In this document: piece after piece, positions 18,751 to 29,356 of the stretch | Numbering within the stretch: position 1 is the stretch's first letter | How the letters are laid out: each line of letters starts with the position of its first letter | Source: Candidatus Latescibacterota bacterium | GTDB lineage: Bacteria > Latescibacterota > UBA2968 | DNA: 64,000 nt | Direction of reading: 5' to 3' | Assembly: GCA_965204375.1 (NCBI GenBank) | Contig: OZ241986.1 | Span: 1,696,001-1,760,000, forward strand | Notes under the pieces: model-generated | Databases searched by the model: none | Seen by the model: the letters and a program-made list of their open reading frames with translations, nothing else | Told to the model about the DNA's origin: nothing | Program-made: the position numbers and the translations under genes

Positions 18751-18778
18751 TTGCGGTATAAGATACATTATGTAAACT
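18751..18778 (+). other. dif: dif site (XerCD chromosome dimer resolution site)
   Basis: TTGCGGTATAA-GATACA-TTATGTAAACT has the 11-6-11 layout, and the right arm matches the Bacillus-type XerD arm TTATGTAAACT. It is intergenic, between convergent genes, at the apparent skew switch. Confidence 0.85.
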
Positions 18779-18851
18779 TAATGTAAAAACCAACCTGAAA
18801 CTGCTGTGTAATGCCCATCCTTGTATCAAAACTTCGTTTATACCCATTATT

Positions 18852-19478
18852 TCATTTTACCGGTGTTTGTGGCTGTTGGTCTCCCACATCCGCGTGTGCA
18901 AGTCCAAGAGCGCGTTGATATAACAGATCTGACAGCCGTTTATTCTCTTCGCGGAGTTTCTGAATCGTTTCAGCGTTTCTCTGAGCGGTTATTTCCACTT
19001 CTTTTTGTTCTTTACGCAGCCAATTTGCGTCTTGTTCCGCTTGTTTTTCCCTTTCTTTTGCCATATTCAGCTCTTCTCGTGTCTTTTCGAGTTCTTCTTT
19101 TAGGGCACGTGCTTCCGTCCATCCAGAGGCTGATGACGCCTCTAATTGCGCATTGCGTTCGTTAACACTGCGAATTTCCGCTCTCAGCTCCCTTTCAACT
19201 GTTTCGATCGCTGCCAATTTTCCCAATTGCTGTTGTTGAGCTTCAAATTCAGATTTTTCGACGAGAATTTGATCGGGATTGTGGCTTATATCAATCTCAT
19301 TTTCTCTCATTTTTTTTCCATGTTTTTTCCTGAATAATTCCTCAATTTCATCTCTGGATATTCGCCAGGTCCCATTCCATTTTTCAGGCTTTAAAAAACC
19401 TCTATTTATGTAATTTCTTATTGTTTTATCGGTTACTTCGAGAATTTTCGCTGCTTCGCGGATTCCGTAACTTTCCAT
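18852..19478 (-). CDS. Helix-turn-helix (MerR/excisionase-like) DNA-binding protein with a long coiled coil
   Basis: YGIREAAKILEVTDKTIRNYINRGFLKPEKWNGTWRI followed by about 120 aa of E/K/Q/R-rich heptads. Confidence 0.8.
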   Translation of the reverse strand: MESYGIREAAKILEVTDKTIRNYINRGFLKPEKWNGTWRISRDEIEELFRKKHGKKMRENEIDISHNPDQILVEKSEFEAQQQQLGKLAAIETVERELRAEIRSVNERNAQLEASSASGWTEARALKEELEKTREELNMAKEREKQAEQDANWLRKEQKEVEITAQRNAETIQKLREENKRLSDLLYQRALGLAHADVGDQQPQTPVK

Positions 19479-19526
19479 CTTTTTCCCTTTTTTGAAGTTC
19501 CATTTTATTTACAATTATTTTCCATT

Positions 19527-19555
19527 AAATTAACACTATTTTTCCGTATTGTCAA
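19527..19555 (-). promoter_or_regulatory. Putative sigma70 promoter of the HTH/coiled-coil gene
   Basis: TTGACA-17 bp-TAATTT with an extended TG, on the minus strand. Confidence 0.55.
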
Positions 19556-19722
19556 GGAGCAAAATAACAAAAAAAGAGGCACAAATAATGAATTTTTGTT
19601 ATTTTTCGAGAAAAAGACGTATTTTACACGGATTTTCAAAAAATAAATGCGAAAAAACAACGAAAGGCTAAAATATGGCAAAAAACAAGACGATGTCTCA
19701 AAAAATGAATATTTCAATAAAT

Positions 19723-19773
19723 ATGGGACAAAAAACTAAGTATAAAAAATGGGACCGAAACTGAGTATAAAAA
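19723..19773 (+). repeat. Degenerate tandem direct repeat (26/25 bp) in the AT-rich divergent intergenic region
   Basis: ATGGGACAAAAAACTAAGTATAAAAA followed by ATGGGACCGAAACTGAGTATAAAAA. Confidence 0.65.
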
Positions 19774-19857
19774 AACAGGAGAGATAGCTAAATTCAAAAA
19801 AACAAGGACCAGAGAGGATAAAACTGAAATTTGAAACAAAAAGAGAGGAGAAAATAG

Positions 19858-20949
19858 TTGGAAAACTTAAAAAAAACCCCACTAAACGAAATACACCACA
19901 AAACCAACGCCCGAATGGTTCCATTTGGCGGCTGGGAAATGCCAGTCCAATACGAGGGGATAGTCGCGGAACATCAAGCGGTGCGATCACAAGCCGGACT
20001 TTTTGATGTCTCGCACATGGGAGAATTTGAATTTAGAGGCAAAGGAGCCAGGAAACTGGTCCAATATCTAACAGCGAATGACATAGACCTCATTGGTATT
20101 GGCCGCGGTCAGTATTCTTTATTCCTCAACAAAAATGGCGGCGCAATTGACGACATCATCGTTTACCGCCTCGGCGAGACAACCTACCTGATCGTCGTAA
20201 ACGCCTCAAATGTCGATAAAGACTGGAAACATGTCCAATCGATGGCAAAATCATTTCATAACGTTCAGATAACCAATCGCAGTGAAGAAATTGCCCTTCT
20301 CGCGCTTCAAGGACCAGGAGCAGAGGCTGTACTCTCCCCTATCGCGAGCCGGGACCTCTCTGAAATCGGTTTTTTCCGCATTCGCAAAGCAGAACTCGCG
20401 GGAATACCCGTTCATATTGCCCGCACGGGATATACTGGCGAAGGAATGAATGGATTTGAGATATTTACACGAACAGAAGACGCTGCGGCAATATGGAATG
20501 CCCTCATCGCATCACCCGATGTATCACCTGCAGGGTTGGGCGCACGGGATACACTCCGCATCGAAGCCTCCCTCCCCCTCTACGGTCAGGAACTCGACGA
20601 GGCAACAACACCATTAGAAGCCGGATTGCACAGATTCGTCTCACAGGCGGGCGGATTCTCGGGCGCCGAAGCCCTTGAGAAACAGCGCGCGAATGGCCCG
20701 ACAAAGACACTCGTGATGATCGAAATGATCGACCGCGGCATCCCCAGACATGGTTACGAAATCCTGGATTGTTCGGGAAATACAATTGGCCAAGTCACCA
20801 GTGGCACAACCGCGCCCTATCTAAAAAAGAATATCGCAATGGGTTATGTCCCTCCCAATTATTCAGAAATTGGGACAGAACTCGCCATTGCGATCCGAAA
20901 CCGCGCCCTCAAAGCGCGAATTGTTCCCAGACCTTTTTTTAAGCGGTAA
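19858..20949 (+). CDS. gcvT: Glycine cleavage system aminomethyltransferase T
   Basis: LKKTPL...MVPFGGWEMPVQY, GLFDVSHMGE, ARTGYTGE, GLGARDTLRIEA. TTG start after GAGGAG. Confidence 0.96.
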   Translation: MENLKKTPLNEIHHKTNARMVPFGGWEMPVQYEGIVAEHQAVRSQAGLFDVSHMGEFEFRGKGARKLVQYLTANDIDLIGIGRGQYSLFLNKNGGAIDDIIVYRLGETTYLIVVNASNVDKDWKHVQSMAKSFHNVQITNRSEEIALLALQGPGAEAVLSPIASRDLSEIGFFRIRKAELAGIPVHIARTGYTGEGMNGFEIFTRTEDAAAIWNALIASPDVSPAGLGARDTLRIEASLPLYGQELDEATTPLEAGLHRFVSQAGGFSGAEALEKQRANGPTKTLVMIEMIDRGIPRHGYEILDCSGNTIGQVTSGTTAPYLKKNIAMGYVPPNYSEIGTELAIAIRNRALKARIVPRPFFKR

Positions 20950-20956
20950 CTCTATA

Positions 20957-21151
20957 CAATACTTCGGACAGTTTTTGGCTGTAGAAGGTTCTTTGAAATC
21001 AACAAGTTATATGAGGCCAAATGTTTTATTTTTTACTTAGGTCTGCACCCTGAGTTTGATAAAAAAACATGTCCTTCTATAAACCATTGTTTTATGGAAA
21101 CTTAGAATTTTAGGCTGGTTAAAAATCTATCGAAAAGTGTCCGAACCATTG
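20957..21151. mobile_element. 195-bp MITE (non-autonomous IS derivative) with terminal inverted repeats and a 6-bp target duplication
   Basis: Left end CAATACTTCGGACAGTTTT; right end reverse complement CAATGGTTCGGACACTTTT (16/19). TCTATA flanks both sides (20951-20956 and 21152-21157). Confidence 0.78.
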
Positions 21152-21158
21152 TCTATAA

Positions 21159-21199
21159 AAAATAAAAAGAGACAGGTTTTCACCTGTCTCTTTTTATTT
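21159..21199. terminator. Bidirectional intrinsic terminator between gcvT and leuS
   Basis: AAATAAAAAGAGACAGGT-loop-ACCTGTCTCTTTTTATTT. Confidence 0.88.
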
Positions 21200-21218
21200 G
21201 TAACATTCCTTGTAACGG

Positions 21219-23657
21219 TTACACCACAATATTGACCAGCCGATTGGGAATGACGATTATCTTTTTGGGGTCTTGATCCTGGACATGCGCTTGTACATTC
21301 GGCTGGTCTAACGCCAAGCTTTCAATCTCCTCCTGCCCAGCATCAACCTCTACTTCCATGCGAGCACGGACTTTGCCATTGACCTGAACTGGCATCTCAA
21401 TTGTTGCTGGTCGAGCGAGCTCTTCGTTCCATTTCGGCCAATTCTGTTGATGAACGCTGTACTCTCCCCCAATGCGCGACCACAGCTCTTCGGAGAGATG
21501 TGGCGTTATCGGTGCCAGGAGCAAGATAAGCGTCTCAATGGCTTCTTTCCACACATCCGTATGCACAACAGGCGTATTGTGGGCTGCCGACAAACCATTG
21601 CTAAATGTCATGAGCGCAGCCAGCGCTGTATTAAACCCAAAGGTTTCAAAATCTTCAGACACCTTACGGATAGTCTGATGGGTTAAGCGCCGCAGATCCT
21701 CCTGGGCTTCTTGCGTAGCATCGCCCTTTGCTGGAGCACCATTTTCAACTACTATACGCCACACGCGGTTCAAAAATCTCGGAATACCTTCCACACTCGA
21801 TGAATTCCAGGGACCACCCTGTTCCCACCGACTCAGAAACATCAAATAAGCCCGAATGCAATCTGCTCCATACTGTACAATCAGATCGTCAGGATTGACA
21901 ACATTGCCTTGAGACTTGCTCATTTTTTCTTGATCTTCACCCAGAATAACGCCCTGATTAAACAAGCGAGTCATCGGCTCATCATCACTGACAAGGTCCA
22001 TATCGCGCATGGCTTTGGTGAAAAATCGCGTGTAAAGCAGATGCATAGTCGCGTGTTCTATACCCCCTGTATATTGATCGACGGGCAACCAGTATTCACC
22101 CTCATGAGGCTCGAAAGGTCCCGTATCGTAATGTGGGCTTAAATAGCGATATTGATACCAAGAAGAACACATAAAGGTATCCATTGTATCCGTCTCTCGC
22201 TGGGCTGGTGCGCCGCATTTGGGACAGGTCGTGTGCAGAAATCCTTCGTGGTATTTGAGAGGAGATTCACCCGTTGGCAAAAATTCTGCATCATCGGGTA
22301 GCACTACGGGTAGGTCATGCACTGGCACGGGAACAATGCCGCATGCATCACAGTAAATAATCGGTATGGGACATCCCCAATAACGCTGGCGGGAAATCAG
22401 CCAATCGTGAAGGCGGTAATTGACTTTTCGCTCACCAATATCTCGGGATTCCAGATCATTAGCCACTGCATCTTTTCCATCTTCAGAGGACAAACCATCG
22501 AATTGTCCCGAATTTACCATGCGTCCCGCATCGGTATATGGCTGGATGAGTGTTTCACCGTCCCAATCATCCGGGGCAATCACTACGGGAATGGACAACC
22601 CATACTTTTTTGCAAAATCAAAATCGCGTTCATCGTGTGCAGGCACAGCCATAATGGCTCCGGTGCCATATTGAAGCAATACATAGTCCGCAATGTAAAT
22701 AGGGACATCGGCATTGTTCATGGGATTAATCGCATAAGCACCGGTGAAAACGCCATCCTGTTCTTTATCTACAGAAAGCCGCTCGATTTCCGATTGCCGT
22801 TCGGCTTTGACACAATATGCTTTAACAGCTTCCCGTTGGTCGGGCACTGTTATCTCATCAACCAATGGATGTTCGGGGGCTAAAACCGCAAAAGACATGC
22901 CAAAAATGGTATCTGGGCGCGTTGTGAACGCGCGAAACGATGACTCTGAATTTTTGACGCGCATTTCAAATTCAACGCCCTCACTGCGTCCGATCCAATT
23001 TTCTTGCATGGCCTGTACGCGGTTGGGCCACTCAATTTTTGAAAAATCGAGTAATTCTTCAGCATATCTGGTAATCCGAAATAGCCATTGGTCCAGGTCT
23101 TTTTTAATCACGGGTGTATTACACCGCTCACAGTGCCTGTCCTCCCCCCAAACCTGCTCTCTGGCCAGAGTAGTATTGCACTGTGGGCACCAATCAACGG
23201 GGGCTTTCTCTCGATAAGCCAGACCATTGGCGTAAAATTTGAGGAATAACCACTGCGTCCATCTATAATATTCGGGCAAACAAGTGATCGCTTCGCGCGT
23301 CCAGTCAAACATTGCACCCATTGTTTTCAGTTGTTCGCGCATGCGTTCCACATTGTCCAATGTCCATTTAGCCGGGTGAATACCCCGTTGGATTGCAGCG
23401 TTTTCAGCGGGCAATCCAAAAGCATCAAAACCGATGGGAAACAGTACATTGTGTCCCTTCATTCGCATATATCGCGCCCGAACATCAGAGGGAACAATCG
23501 CATACCAGTGACCAATGTGGAGATCACCCGAAGTGTAAGGCAACATAGTCAAAGCATAGTGCTTGGGGCGGTCAGAATCGATTTGACTGCGGTACAGATC
23601 AGTATCTTCCCAGCGTTGACGCCATTTTTTTTCAATCTCAGAAAACTCGTAAGCCAT
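21219..23657 (-). CDS. leuS: Leucine--tRNA ligase
   Basis: LHIGH, GFDAFGLPAENAA, DWLISRQRYWG and KMSKS motifs. True start is MAYEFSEIEKKW at 23657, after AGGAG. Confidence 0.97.
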   Translation of the reverse strand: MAYEFSEIEKKWRQRWEDTDLYRSQIDSDRPKHYALTMLPYTSGDLHIGHWYAIVPSDVRARYMRMKGHNVLFPIGFDAFGLPAENAAIQRGIHPAKWTLDNVERMREQLKTMGAMFDWTREAITCLPEYYRWTQWLFLKFYANGLAYREKAPVDWCPQCNTTLAREQVWGEDRHCERCNTPVIKKDLDQWLFRITRYAEELLDFSKIEWPNRVQAMQENWIGRSEGVEFEMRVKNSESSFRAFTTRPDTIFGMSFAVLAPEHPLVDEITVPDQREAVKAYCVKAERQSEIERLSVDKEQDGVFTGAYAINPMNNADVPIYIADYVLLQYGTGAIMAVPAHDERDFDFAKKYGLSIPVVIAPDDWDGETLIQPYTDAGRMVNSGQFDGLSSEDGKDAVANDLESRDIGERKVNYRLHDWLISRQRYWGCPIPIIYCDACGIVPVPVHDLPVVLPDDAEFLPTGESPLKYHEGFLHTTCPKCGAPAQRETDTMDTFMCSSWYQYRYLSPHYDTGPFEPHEGEYWLPVDQYTGGIEHATMHLLYTRFFTKAMRDMDLVSDDEPMTRLFNQGVILGEDQEKMSKSQGNVVNPDDLIVQYGADCIRAYLMFLSRWEQGGPWNSSSVEGIPRFLNRVWRIVVENGAPAKGDATQEAQEDLRRLTHQTIRKVSEDFETFGFNTALAALMTFSNGLSAAHNTPVVHTDVWKEAIETLILLLAPITPHLSEELWSRIGGEYSVHQQNWPKWNEELARPATIEMPVQVNGKVRARMEVEVDAGQEEIESLALDQPNVQAHVQDQDPKKIIVIPNRLVNIVV

Positions 23658-23670
23658 TGAAATACAACTC

Positions 23671-24966
23671 CTAAGGATATAATCTTTGCAAAAGTCGAGG
23701 AAATGGAATCGTCTCGCGGACATGGGACAATCCGCATATCCACGCGACGGTACGCTCAATACCCAATCCAAAACCGGAATGCGGCACCGATCCATAGTGC
23801 CTGAGGTCCAGGTACCACTGGAACGGCACCTCGTCAAGACCGTGTTCGGCGAGCTTCCGCCGCAAGACCTCCAGATCGTCCTCGCGCTGTCCCCCACCGA
23901 CGATTTCGCCATATCCTTCGGGAGCCAACACATCCATACACAATGCCAGTTGGGAATCTTCTGGATCCCCCTTCATATAAAAAGCTTTACAAGCTGCCGG
24001 ATACCGATGCACAATCACGGGGCGATCGTGTGCATTGGCCAACACGGTTTCATCCTCAGCGCCAAAATCCTCCCCCCATGTGTGATCGCAACCCGCGTCT
24101 TTTAGCAACTCATGTGCATCCGAATAAGATATCCTGGGAAATGGTTTTTGCACCCGTTGTAGGGGCGCAAGATCGCGTTGCAAGGTTTCAAGTTCAGACC
24201 GACAGGTTTCTATCACACGCTGAACAACACAACAGATAAAGTCTTCAGCCAGGTCCATATTACCCGATAGATCCATATAGGCCACCTCTGGCTCGACCAT
24301 CCAAAATTCGGTCAAATGACGCCGCGTCTTGGATTTCTCAGCGCGAAAGGTCGGTCCAAAACAGTACACCTTTCCAAACGCCATAGCTGCTGCTTCCATA
24401 TATAGCTGACCACTCTGTGTCAGATATGCTCTCTCATCGAAATAATCGGTTTCAAAAAGCGTACTGGTGCCTTCACAGGACGACGGTGTAAAAATGGGCG
24501 CATCAACAAGTGTGAAGCCATTGTTGTCGTAATAATCGCGACAGGCTTTGACAATTTCAGCACGCACACTTAAAATGGCGTGTTGACGCGATGAGCGCAG
24601 CCACAAATGACGATGATCCATCAGAAATGCCGTGCCGTGTTCTTTGGGCGTAATCGGATAATCCTCCGCGCGATGCACAATTTCGATATCGCTGACGCCA
24701 ATTTCAAAGCCGATGGGCGAACGCGCATCGGCCCGAACCACCCCCGTCACGCGAAGGGCCGACTCTTGCCCCAGGTCTGAAGCCTTTTCAAAAACGTCTG
24801 GCGAGACATCGCCCTGAAACACCACGCACTGAATCGTACCAGCGCCATCTCTGATCTGAAGAAAGTGCAATTTTCCACTTGACCGTTTGTTGTACAGCCA
24901 TCCCTCAATCACAACTTCTTTATCTTCCCATGCACTTACGTCGTTTATCCTGATGATATCTGGCAT
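23671..24966 (-). CDS. asnS: Asparagine--tRNA ligase
   Basis: [48 protein letters not shown]. Start MPDII at 24966. Confidence 0.96.
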   Translation of the reverse strand: MPDIIRINDVSAWEDKEVVIEGWLYNKRSSGKLHFLQIRDGAGTIQCVVFQGDVSPDVFEKASDLGQESALRVTGVVRADARSPIGFEIGVSDIEIVHRAEDYPITPKEHGTAFLMDHRHLWLRSSRQHAILSVRAEIVKACRDYYDNNGFTLVDAPIFTPSSCEGTSTLFETDYFDERAYLTQSGQLYMEAAAMAFGKVYCFGPTFRAEKSKTRRHLTEFWMVEPEVAYMDLSGNMDLAEDFICCVVQRVIETCRSELETLQRDLAPLQRVQKPFPRISYSDAHELLKDAGCDHTWGEDFGAEDETVLANAHDRPVIVHRYPAACKAFYMKGDPEDSQLALCMDVLAPEGYGEIVGGGQREDDLEVLRRKLAEHGLDEVPFQWYLDLRHYGSVPHSGFGLGIERTVAWICGLSHVRETIPFPRLLQRLYP

Positions 24967-24985
24967 ATTATCGTTCCCTGAGAAT

Positions 24986-25044
24986 AAAAAAACGAAAGAC
25001 GACCGGGTACATCTGCTTGCCCACCGATCGCCTTGTGTTTTTTT
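24986..25044 (-). terminator. Intrinsic terminator after pnp
   Basis: Minus-strand stem AAGGCGATCGG...CCGGTCGTCTT (with G-U pairs) followed by a T run. Confidence 0.6.
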
Positions 25045-25060
25045 CGTGTATATACAAATC

Positions 25061-27178
25061 TCACGATCTTTGGGGGGGGCGTTGCCTACCCTGCGGATTT
25101 GAACCACCATTGGGTTTGTCGATAAGGACTTTGCGGCTCAGTCGAATTTTGCCCTGATCGTCGATAGCGATCACTTTGACCCGAACTTTTTCGCCTTCAC
25201 TAAGCACATCGTTTACCTTGCGCACCCGGTGATGTTCAAGCTCGGAAATATGGCAAAGCCCATCCTTGCCTGGCAATATCTCGACAAACGCACCAAAGTC
25301 CGTGATCCGGCGCACTGTGCCATCGTAGATTCGCCCAACTTCTGGCTCTTCGACGAGTGCTTCAACCATACCCATTGCGGTTTCACCGGCTTGCGCATCT
25401 AAAGAGGTGACCGTAACCAGCCCATCGTCCTCGACTGAAACCGTCGCGCCTGTCTCTTCAATGCTGCGAATGGTCTTCCCTCCCGGGCCAATAACCGCAC
25501 CGATTTTTGCCGGATCAATTCGGATGGACAAAATGCGTGGCGCGTATTCCGACAAGCTCGTTCTCGGCGCGGAAATAGCTTCTTCCATAAGACCGAGAAT
25601 GTGGTCTAAAGCGTCTCGGGCACGAGCAAATGCCGCACTGAGAATCTCAAAACTTATACCGCCGATCTTAATATCCATCTGAATCGCCGTCAGACCCGAT
25701 CGCGTTCCCGCTATTTTGAGATCCATATCACCCAAATGGTCTTCTTCGCCTAAAATATCTGTGAGAACCGCCCACTGATCCCCTTCCATGACCAGCCCTA
25801 CACCAGCCCCGGCAACATGGCTTTTAATGGGCACGCCCGCATCCATCAAAGCGAGAGAGCCGCCACACACCGTGGCCATTGAAGACGAGCTGTTGGATTC
25901 TAAGATCTCGGAAACCAGCCGGATCGTATATGGAAAATGCTCTTCACTGGGCACGACAGGCTCGAGTGCCTTTTCAGCTAAAGCTCCGTGACCGACTTCG
26001 CGACGGCCGGGCGCTGCGATCCGCCCCGTTTCCCCAACACTGTAGTTGGGAAAGTTGTAATCGAGCATAAAGCTCTTGAACGATTTGCCCTCGAGATCAT
26101 CTACCATTCGGGTATCCATCTTGCTTCCGAGCGTCGCCACACACAAAGCCTGCGTCTGCCCGCGCGTAAAAATACCGGACCCGTGTGCGCGAGGCAATAC
26201 GCTCAGGTCGATGTCAATGGGCCGAACCTGATTGAGATCGCGCCCATCAATACGCTGATTTTCCGCAAGGATCATCGCGCGCATATCCTTTTTGATCAAC
26301 CGATCTATTTCACCGCCAATTTCACTATCTTCAAAGTCTTCTGCGAGTGCTTCCCGCACCTCGGCGCGAATCGCGGACAATGTCTCTGCACGCGCCGCCT
26401 TATCCGGCATGCGATTGGCTGCGTGAATCTGCTCTGAAGCGCGTTCGGCAACAGCAGCGACAAGAGCCTCATTTTCTTCAGGCTCGTCGAAGGATCGTTT
26501 GGGTTTTCCAACACGGGCAATCAGGTCATCCTGTAATTCAATCAGTTGTACAATGCCTTGATGGGCGACGCGCAGTGCTTCTACGACATCACCATCGGCT
26601 ACTTCGTGAAAATCGCCTTCAACTGAAATAATGGACTCGCGATTGCCCGATACCATCAGGTGGACATCGCTTTCTTCGAGTTGAGAAAGTGTGGGGTTGA
26701 GTACAAATTCTCCATCGACTCGTCCAACGCACACAGCACCAATGGGACCGTCAAACGGAATATCAGAAATGCACAGTGCAGCCGAAGCACCTGTCATTGA
26801 GAGCACTGCAGGATCATTTTCCCCATCAAAAGACAACACAGTGACATAAACCTGCGTTTCAAAATCATAAGCCTCCGGAAATAGGGGCCTGATTTGATGG
26901 TCGATTAAACGCGCATGCAATTTTTCAGTTGTTGAAGGTGCGCCCTCTCGCTTAAAAAAATTGCCGGGAATGCGCCCACCAGCATACATCTTTTCGCGAT
27001 AATCGACTTGAAGGGGGAAAAAATCAAAATCCGAAGGTTTGTTATCGGAAACGGCAGCCACCAGCACAATAGTTTCACCGTACTGCATCCACACTGCCCC
27101 GTGCGACTGTTTGGCCACCCGACCCGTTTCAATGGACAGTGGACGACCAGCATATTCAAGCTCTACTTTTGTTATCAT
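25061..27178 (-). CDS. pnp: Polyribonucleotide nucleotidyltransferase (PNPase)
   Basis: [33 protein letters not shown], followed by KH and S1 domains. Confidence 0.97.
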   Translation of the reverse strand: MITKVELEYAGRPLSIETGRVAKQSHGAVWMQYGETIVLVAAVSDNKPSDFDFFPLQVDYREKMYAGGRIPGNFFKREGAPSTTEKLHARLIDHQIRPLFPEAYDFETQVYVTVLSFDGENDPAVLSMTGASAALCISDIPFDGPIGAVCVGRVDGEFVLNPTLSQLEESDVHLMVSGNRESIISVEGDFHEVADGDVVEALRVAHQGIVQLIELQDDLIARVGKPKRSFDEPEENEALVAAVAERASEQIHAANRMPDKAARAETLSAIRAEVREALAEDFEDSEIGGEIDRLIKKDMRAMILAENQRIDGRDLNQVRPIDIDLSVLPRAHGSGIFTRGQTQALCVATLGSKMDTRMVDDLEGKSFKSFMLDYNFPNYSVGETGRIAAPGRREVGHGALAEKALEPVVPSEEHFPYTIRLVSEILESNSSSSMATVCGGSLALMDAGVPIKSHVAGAGVGLVMEGDQWAVLTDILGEEDHLGDMDLKIAGTRSGLTAIQMDIKIGGISFEILSAAFARARDALDHILGLMEEAISAPRTSLSEYAPRILSIRIDPAKIGAVIGPGGKTIRSIEETGATVSVEDDGLVTVTSLDAQAGETAMGMVEALVEEPEVGRIYDGTVRRITDFGAFVEILPGKDGLCHISELEHHRVRKVNDVLSEGEKVRVKVIAIDDQGKIRLSRKVLIDKPNGGSNPQGRQRPPQRS

Positions 27179-27267
27179 TCTATCTCCTAATATTTACAAA
27201 ACACATCTATTCCAGCGCCCTGGCAAAAGGGCCAGAGATACGGCCAACTGCTGGAATACAAAAAAAC

Positions 27268-27537
27268 TCAACCGCGAATATCCAGTGCCGCAATCAAGCT
27301 ACGATAACCTTCTAAATCTACGCGTCGCAAATACCGCAACAGACGGCGACGACGCCCAACCAGTTTGAGCAGGCCTCGACGCGAGTGATGATCTTTCTTG
27401 TGGGTTTGAAAGTGTTCGATGAGTTGTACAATACGCTCTGTAAGTTGCGCAATCTGGACTTGTGGCGATCCCGTATCGCCTTCTTTGCGCCCGTATTGTG
27501 CGATCAACTCTGCCTTCTTTTCTTTTGTTAACGCCAA
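27268..27537 (-). CDS. rpsO: 30S ribosomal protein S15
   Basis: [13 protein letters not shown]...[28 protein letters not shown] start after GGAGG. Confidence 0.98.
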   Translation of the reverse strand: MALTKEKKAELIAQYGRKEGDTGSPQVQIAQLTERIVQLIEHFQTHKKDHHSRRGLLKLVGRRRRLLRYLRRVDLEGYRSLIAALDIRG

Positions 27538-28481
27538 AATTTACCTCCATCGGTATGATGCCGCGAAAGCATATCTTCCGCGGTCTGTATATCTGCCTGG
27601 ATCTGTTCGATCAAAGCTTCTTTGCTACCAAATTCACGCTCTCCGCGAATGCGATACAAAATCTCAACGGGTAAAATTTTTCCATAGAGATTTTGTGAAA
27701 AATTGAGCAAATGCACTTCACAACGCGCTGAATCCCCCCCAAATGTAGGGCGTTTGCCGTAATTGACAACGGCGATGTAGGGCTGCTCCAGCCTGGCAAC
27801 ACCAGCATAAACCCCCGGCACCGGCAAGAGTTTTCCCGGTGTTTCAAACAGGAGATTGGCAGTGGGAAAACCAAGTGATCTACCCCGCTTTTCTCCCTCT
27901 ACCACACGCCCCCACAAGGGGTAAGGGTGTCCCATAAGCTGAACAACCGCATCCAGGTCTCCTTTCAGGAGTGCGTTGCGAATGCGGGTACTGCTCACAG
28001 GTTTTTCGGCGATGCACACAGCAGGCGGAGAAAAAACAGAGAAACCAAACTGTTTTCCCAAACTTTTCATCGTCTCAAACCCGCCCTGGCGCCCCCTTCC
28101 AAAACCGTGGTCATAACCTACAATCACAGACCTGGCGCTGAGTTTATCAACCAGAAAGCTTTTGACAAATACCTCGGGAGACAACTGCCGGAGTGCGTCA
28201 TCAAATCCAACAACAGCCAGAATATCCACCCCTAAAGAGGCGAGACAATGCTGTTTCTCTTCAAGCGATGTCAACACCCCGGGAGCATCGGCACCGTCGA
28301 TAAACTGGCGGGGATGTGGATCAAAAGTGACAACGACAGATGTACCTCTACACGCCCGTGCCATATCGGTCATAGCTTCAATGACAGAGACATGTCCGAT
28401 GTGTATGCCGTCAAATGTTCCAACAGTGACCACCGGGTGAGCAAGCGCAACCGGTTCTTCAAGCGTTATGGTGCGCATCAT
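27528..28481 (-). CDS. ribF: Bifunctional riboflavin kinase/FAD synthetase
   Basis: [34 protein letters not shown]. Start at 28481 or 28478, coupled to the truB stop. Confidence 0.95.
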   Translation of the reverse strand: MMRTITLEEPVALAHPVVTVGTFDGIHIGHVSVIEAMTDMARACRGTSVVVTFDPHPRQFIDGADAPGVLTSLEEKQHCLASLGVDILAVVGFDDALRQLSPEVFVKSFLVDKLSARSVIVGYDHGFGRGRQGGFETMKSLGKQFGFSVFSPPAVCIAEKPVSSTRIRNALLKGDLDAVVQLMGHPYPLWGRVVEGEKRGRSLGFPTANLLFETPGKLLPVPGVYAGVARLEQPYIAVVNYGKRPTFGGDSARCEVHLLNFSQNLYGKILPVEILYRIRGEREFGSKEALIEQIQADIQTAEDMLSRHHTDGGKFWR

Positions 28482-29356
28482 CAATTCTGGATCACGCGAA
28501 TAGGCTTCAAAACGCCCTCGTCGATATGACCGAGACCGAGCAAAATACCCCGGGAATTTTGCACTGTTACAATATCCTGGACATCTGATAAAATATCGGT
28601 CACGGAATTGCCATTTGAAAAACGCCCCTGCTGCGCCTCTGTCAAACAAACCGATGACAGATCAGATAAAACAGCGTGGGGATTGAGCAACACGTCAGAA
28701 ATACTTTCTGCACGCTCGAGTTCATAAACCGCAACACATTGTCCCAATTCAATACCCCCCACCGCGGTTCTGCGAAGCGTTGATAGATGAGCACCACATC
28801 CAAGCCGTTTGCCAATGTCGTCTGCAAGCGACCGAATATAAGTACCTTTAGAACAATGTACGTTCAGGTGCAAGAGCGGTGGTGCATAAACCGCAATATC
28901 GAGCTTGTGTACGCACACATCACGCGCAGGACGTTCAACCTCGACACCTCTTCGAGCGAGGTCATAAAGCCTGCGCCCCCCCATGCGGATGGCTGAATAC
29001 ATAGGCGGAACCTGCGCAATCGCCCCCCTGAATTCGACAACAGCGGCCTCGACTTGTGCATAATCGGCAGGTATATCCCCCGATCTACTGGTAACCACAC
29101 CATCGGCATCGAGAGAATCGGTCGTCATTCCCAAACGCACAACCGCTCGATATTGTTTACTGCCGCCCGTAATATAGGAACTCAGGCGCGTATAGGCTCC
29201 CAGACAAAGTGGCAAAACGCCCGTTGCCATGGGATCAAGGGTACCTGTGTGCCCTACTTTTTTGATCCCAAAGTGCTTACGCACCCAACTGACAACATCT
29301 TGAGAAGTCCAGCCAGCGGGTTTGTCTATGGAAAGAAAGCCGTTTATGGGCACCAC
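28481..29356 (-). CDS. truB: tRNA pseudouridine(55) synthase
   Basis: KVGHTGTLDPMATGVL, QVPPMYSA, CSKGTYIRSL. Confidence 0.96.
   Translation of the reverse strand: MVPINGFLSIDKPAGWTSQDVVSWVRKHFGIKKVGHTGTLDPMATGVLPLCLGAYTRLSSYITGGSKQYRAVVRLGMTTDSLDADGVVTSRSGDIPADYAQVEAAVVEFRGAIAQVPPMYSAIRMGGRRLYDLARRGVEVERPARDVCVHKLDIAVYAPPLLHLNVHCSKGTYIRSLADDIGKRLGCGAHLSTLRRTAVGGIELGQCVAVYELERAESISDVLLNPHAVLSDLSSVCLTEAQQGRFSNGNSVTDILSDVQDIVTVQNSRGILLGLGHIDEGVLKPIRVIQN

Noticed and set aside
19770-19857. Glycine riboswitch upstream of gcvT (GGAGAG and GGACCAGAGAGG fragments)
   Set aside because: The CCGAAG and CTCTCAGG core elements are missing, and the A-rich context cannot form the stems.
19479-19857. oriC in the AT-rich region
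   Set aside because: No TTATCCACA-like DnaA boxes and no dnaA. The dif site and gene orientation point to the terminus instead.
18779-21157. Intact prophage or IMEX integrated at dif
   Set aside because: No replication, integrase or structural genes and no second dif-like site were seen; gcvT is housekeeping.
23658-23933. N-terminal extensions in the ORF track (leuS, asnS, ribF, purB, rfbC, GWxTD, cysteine desulfurase, mqnD)
   Set aside because: They overlap upstream genes, terminators or repeats. Family-typical N-termini, and in most cases SD sites, support the downstream starts.
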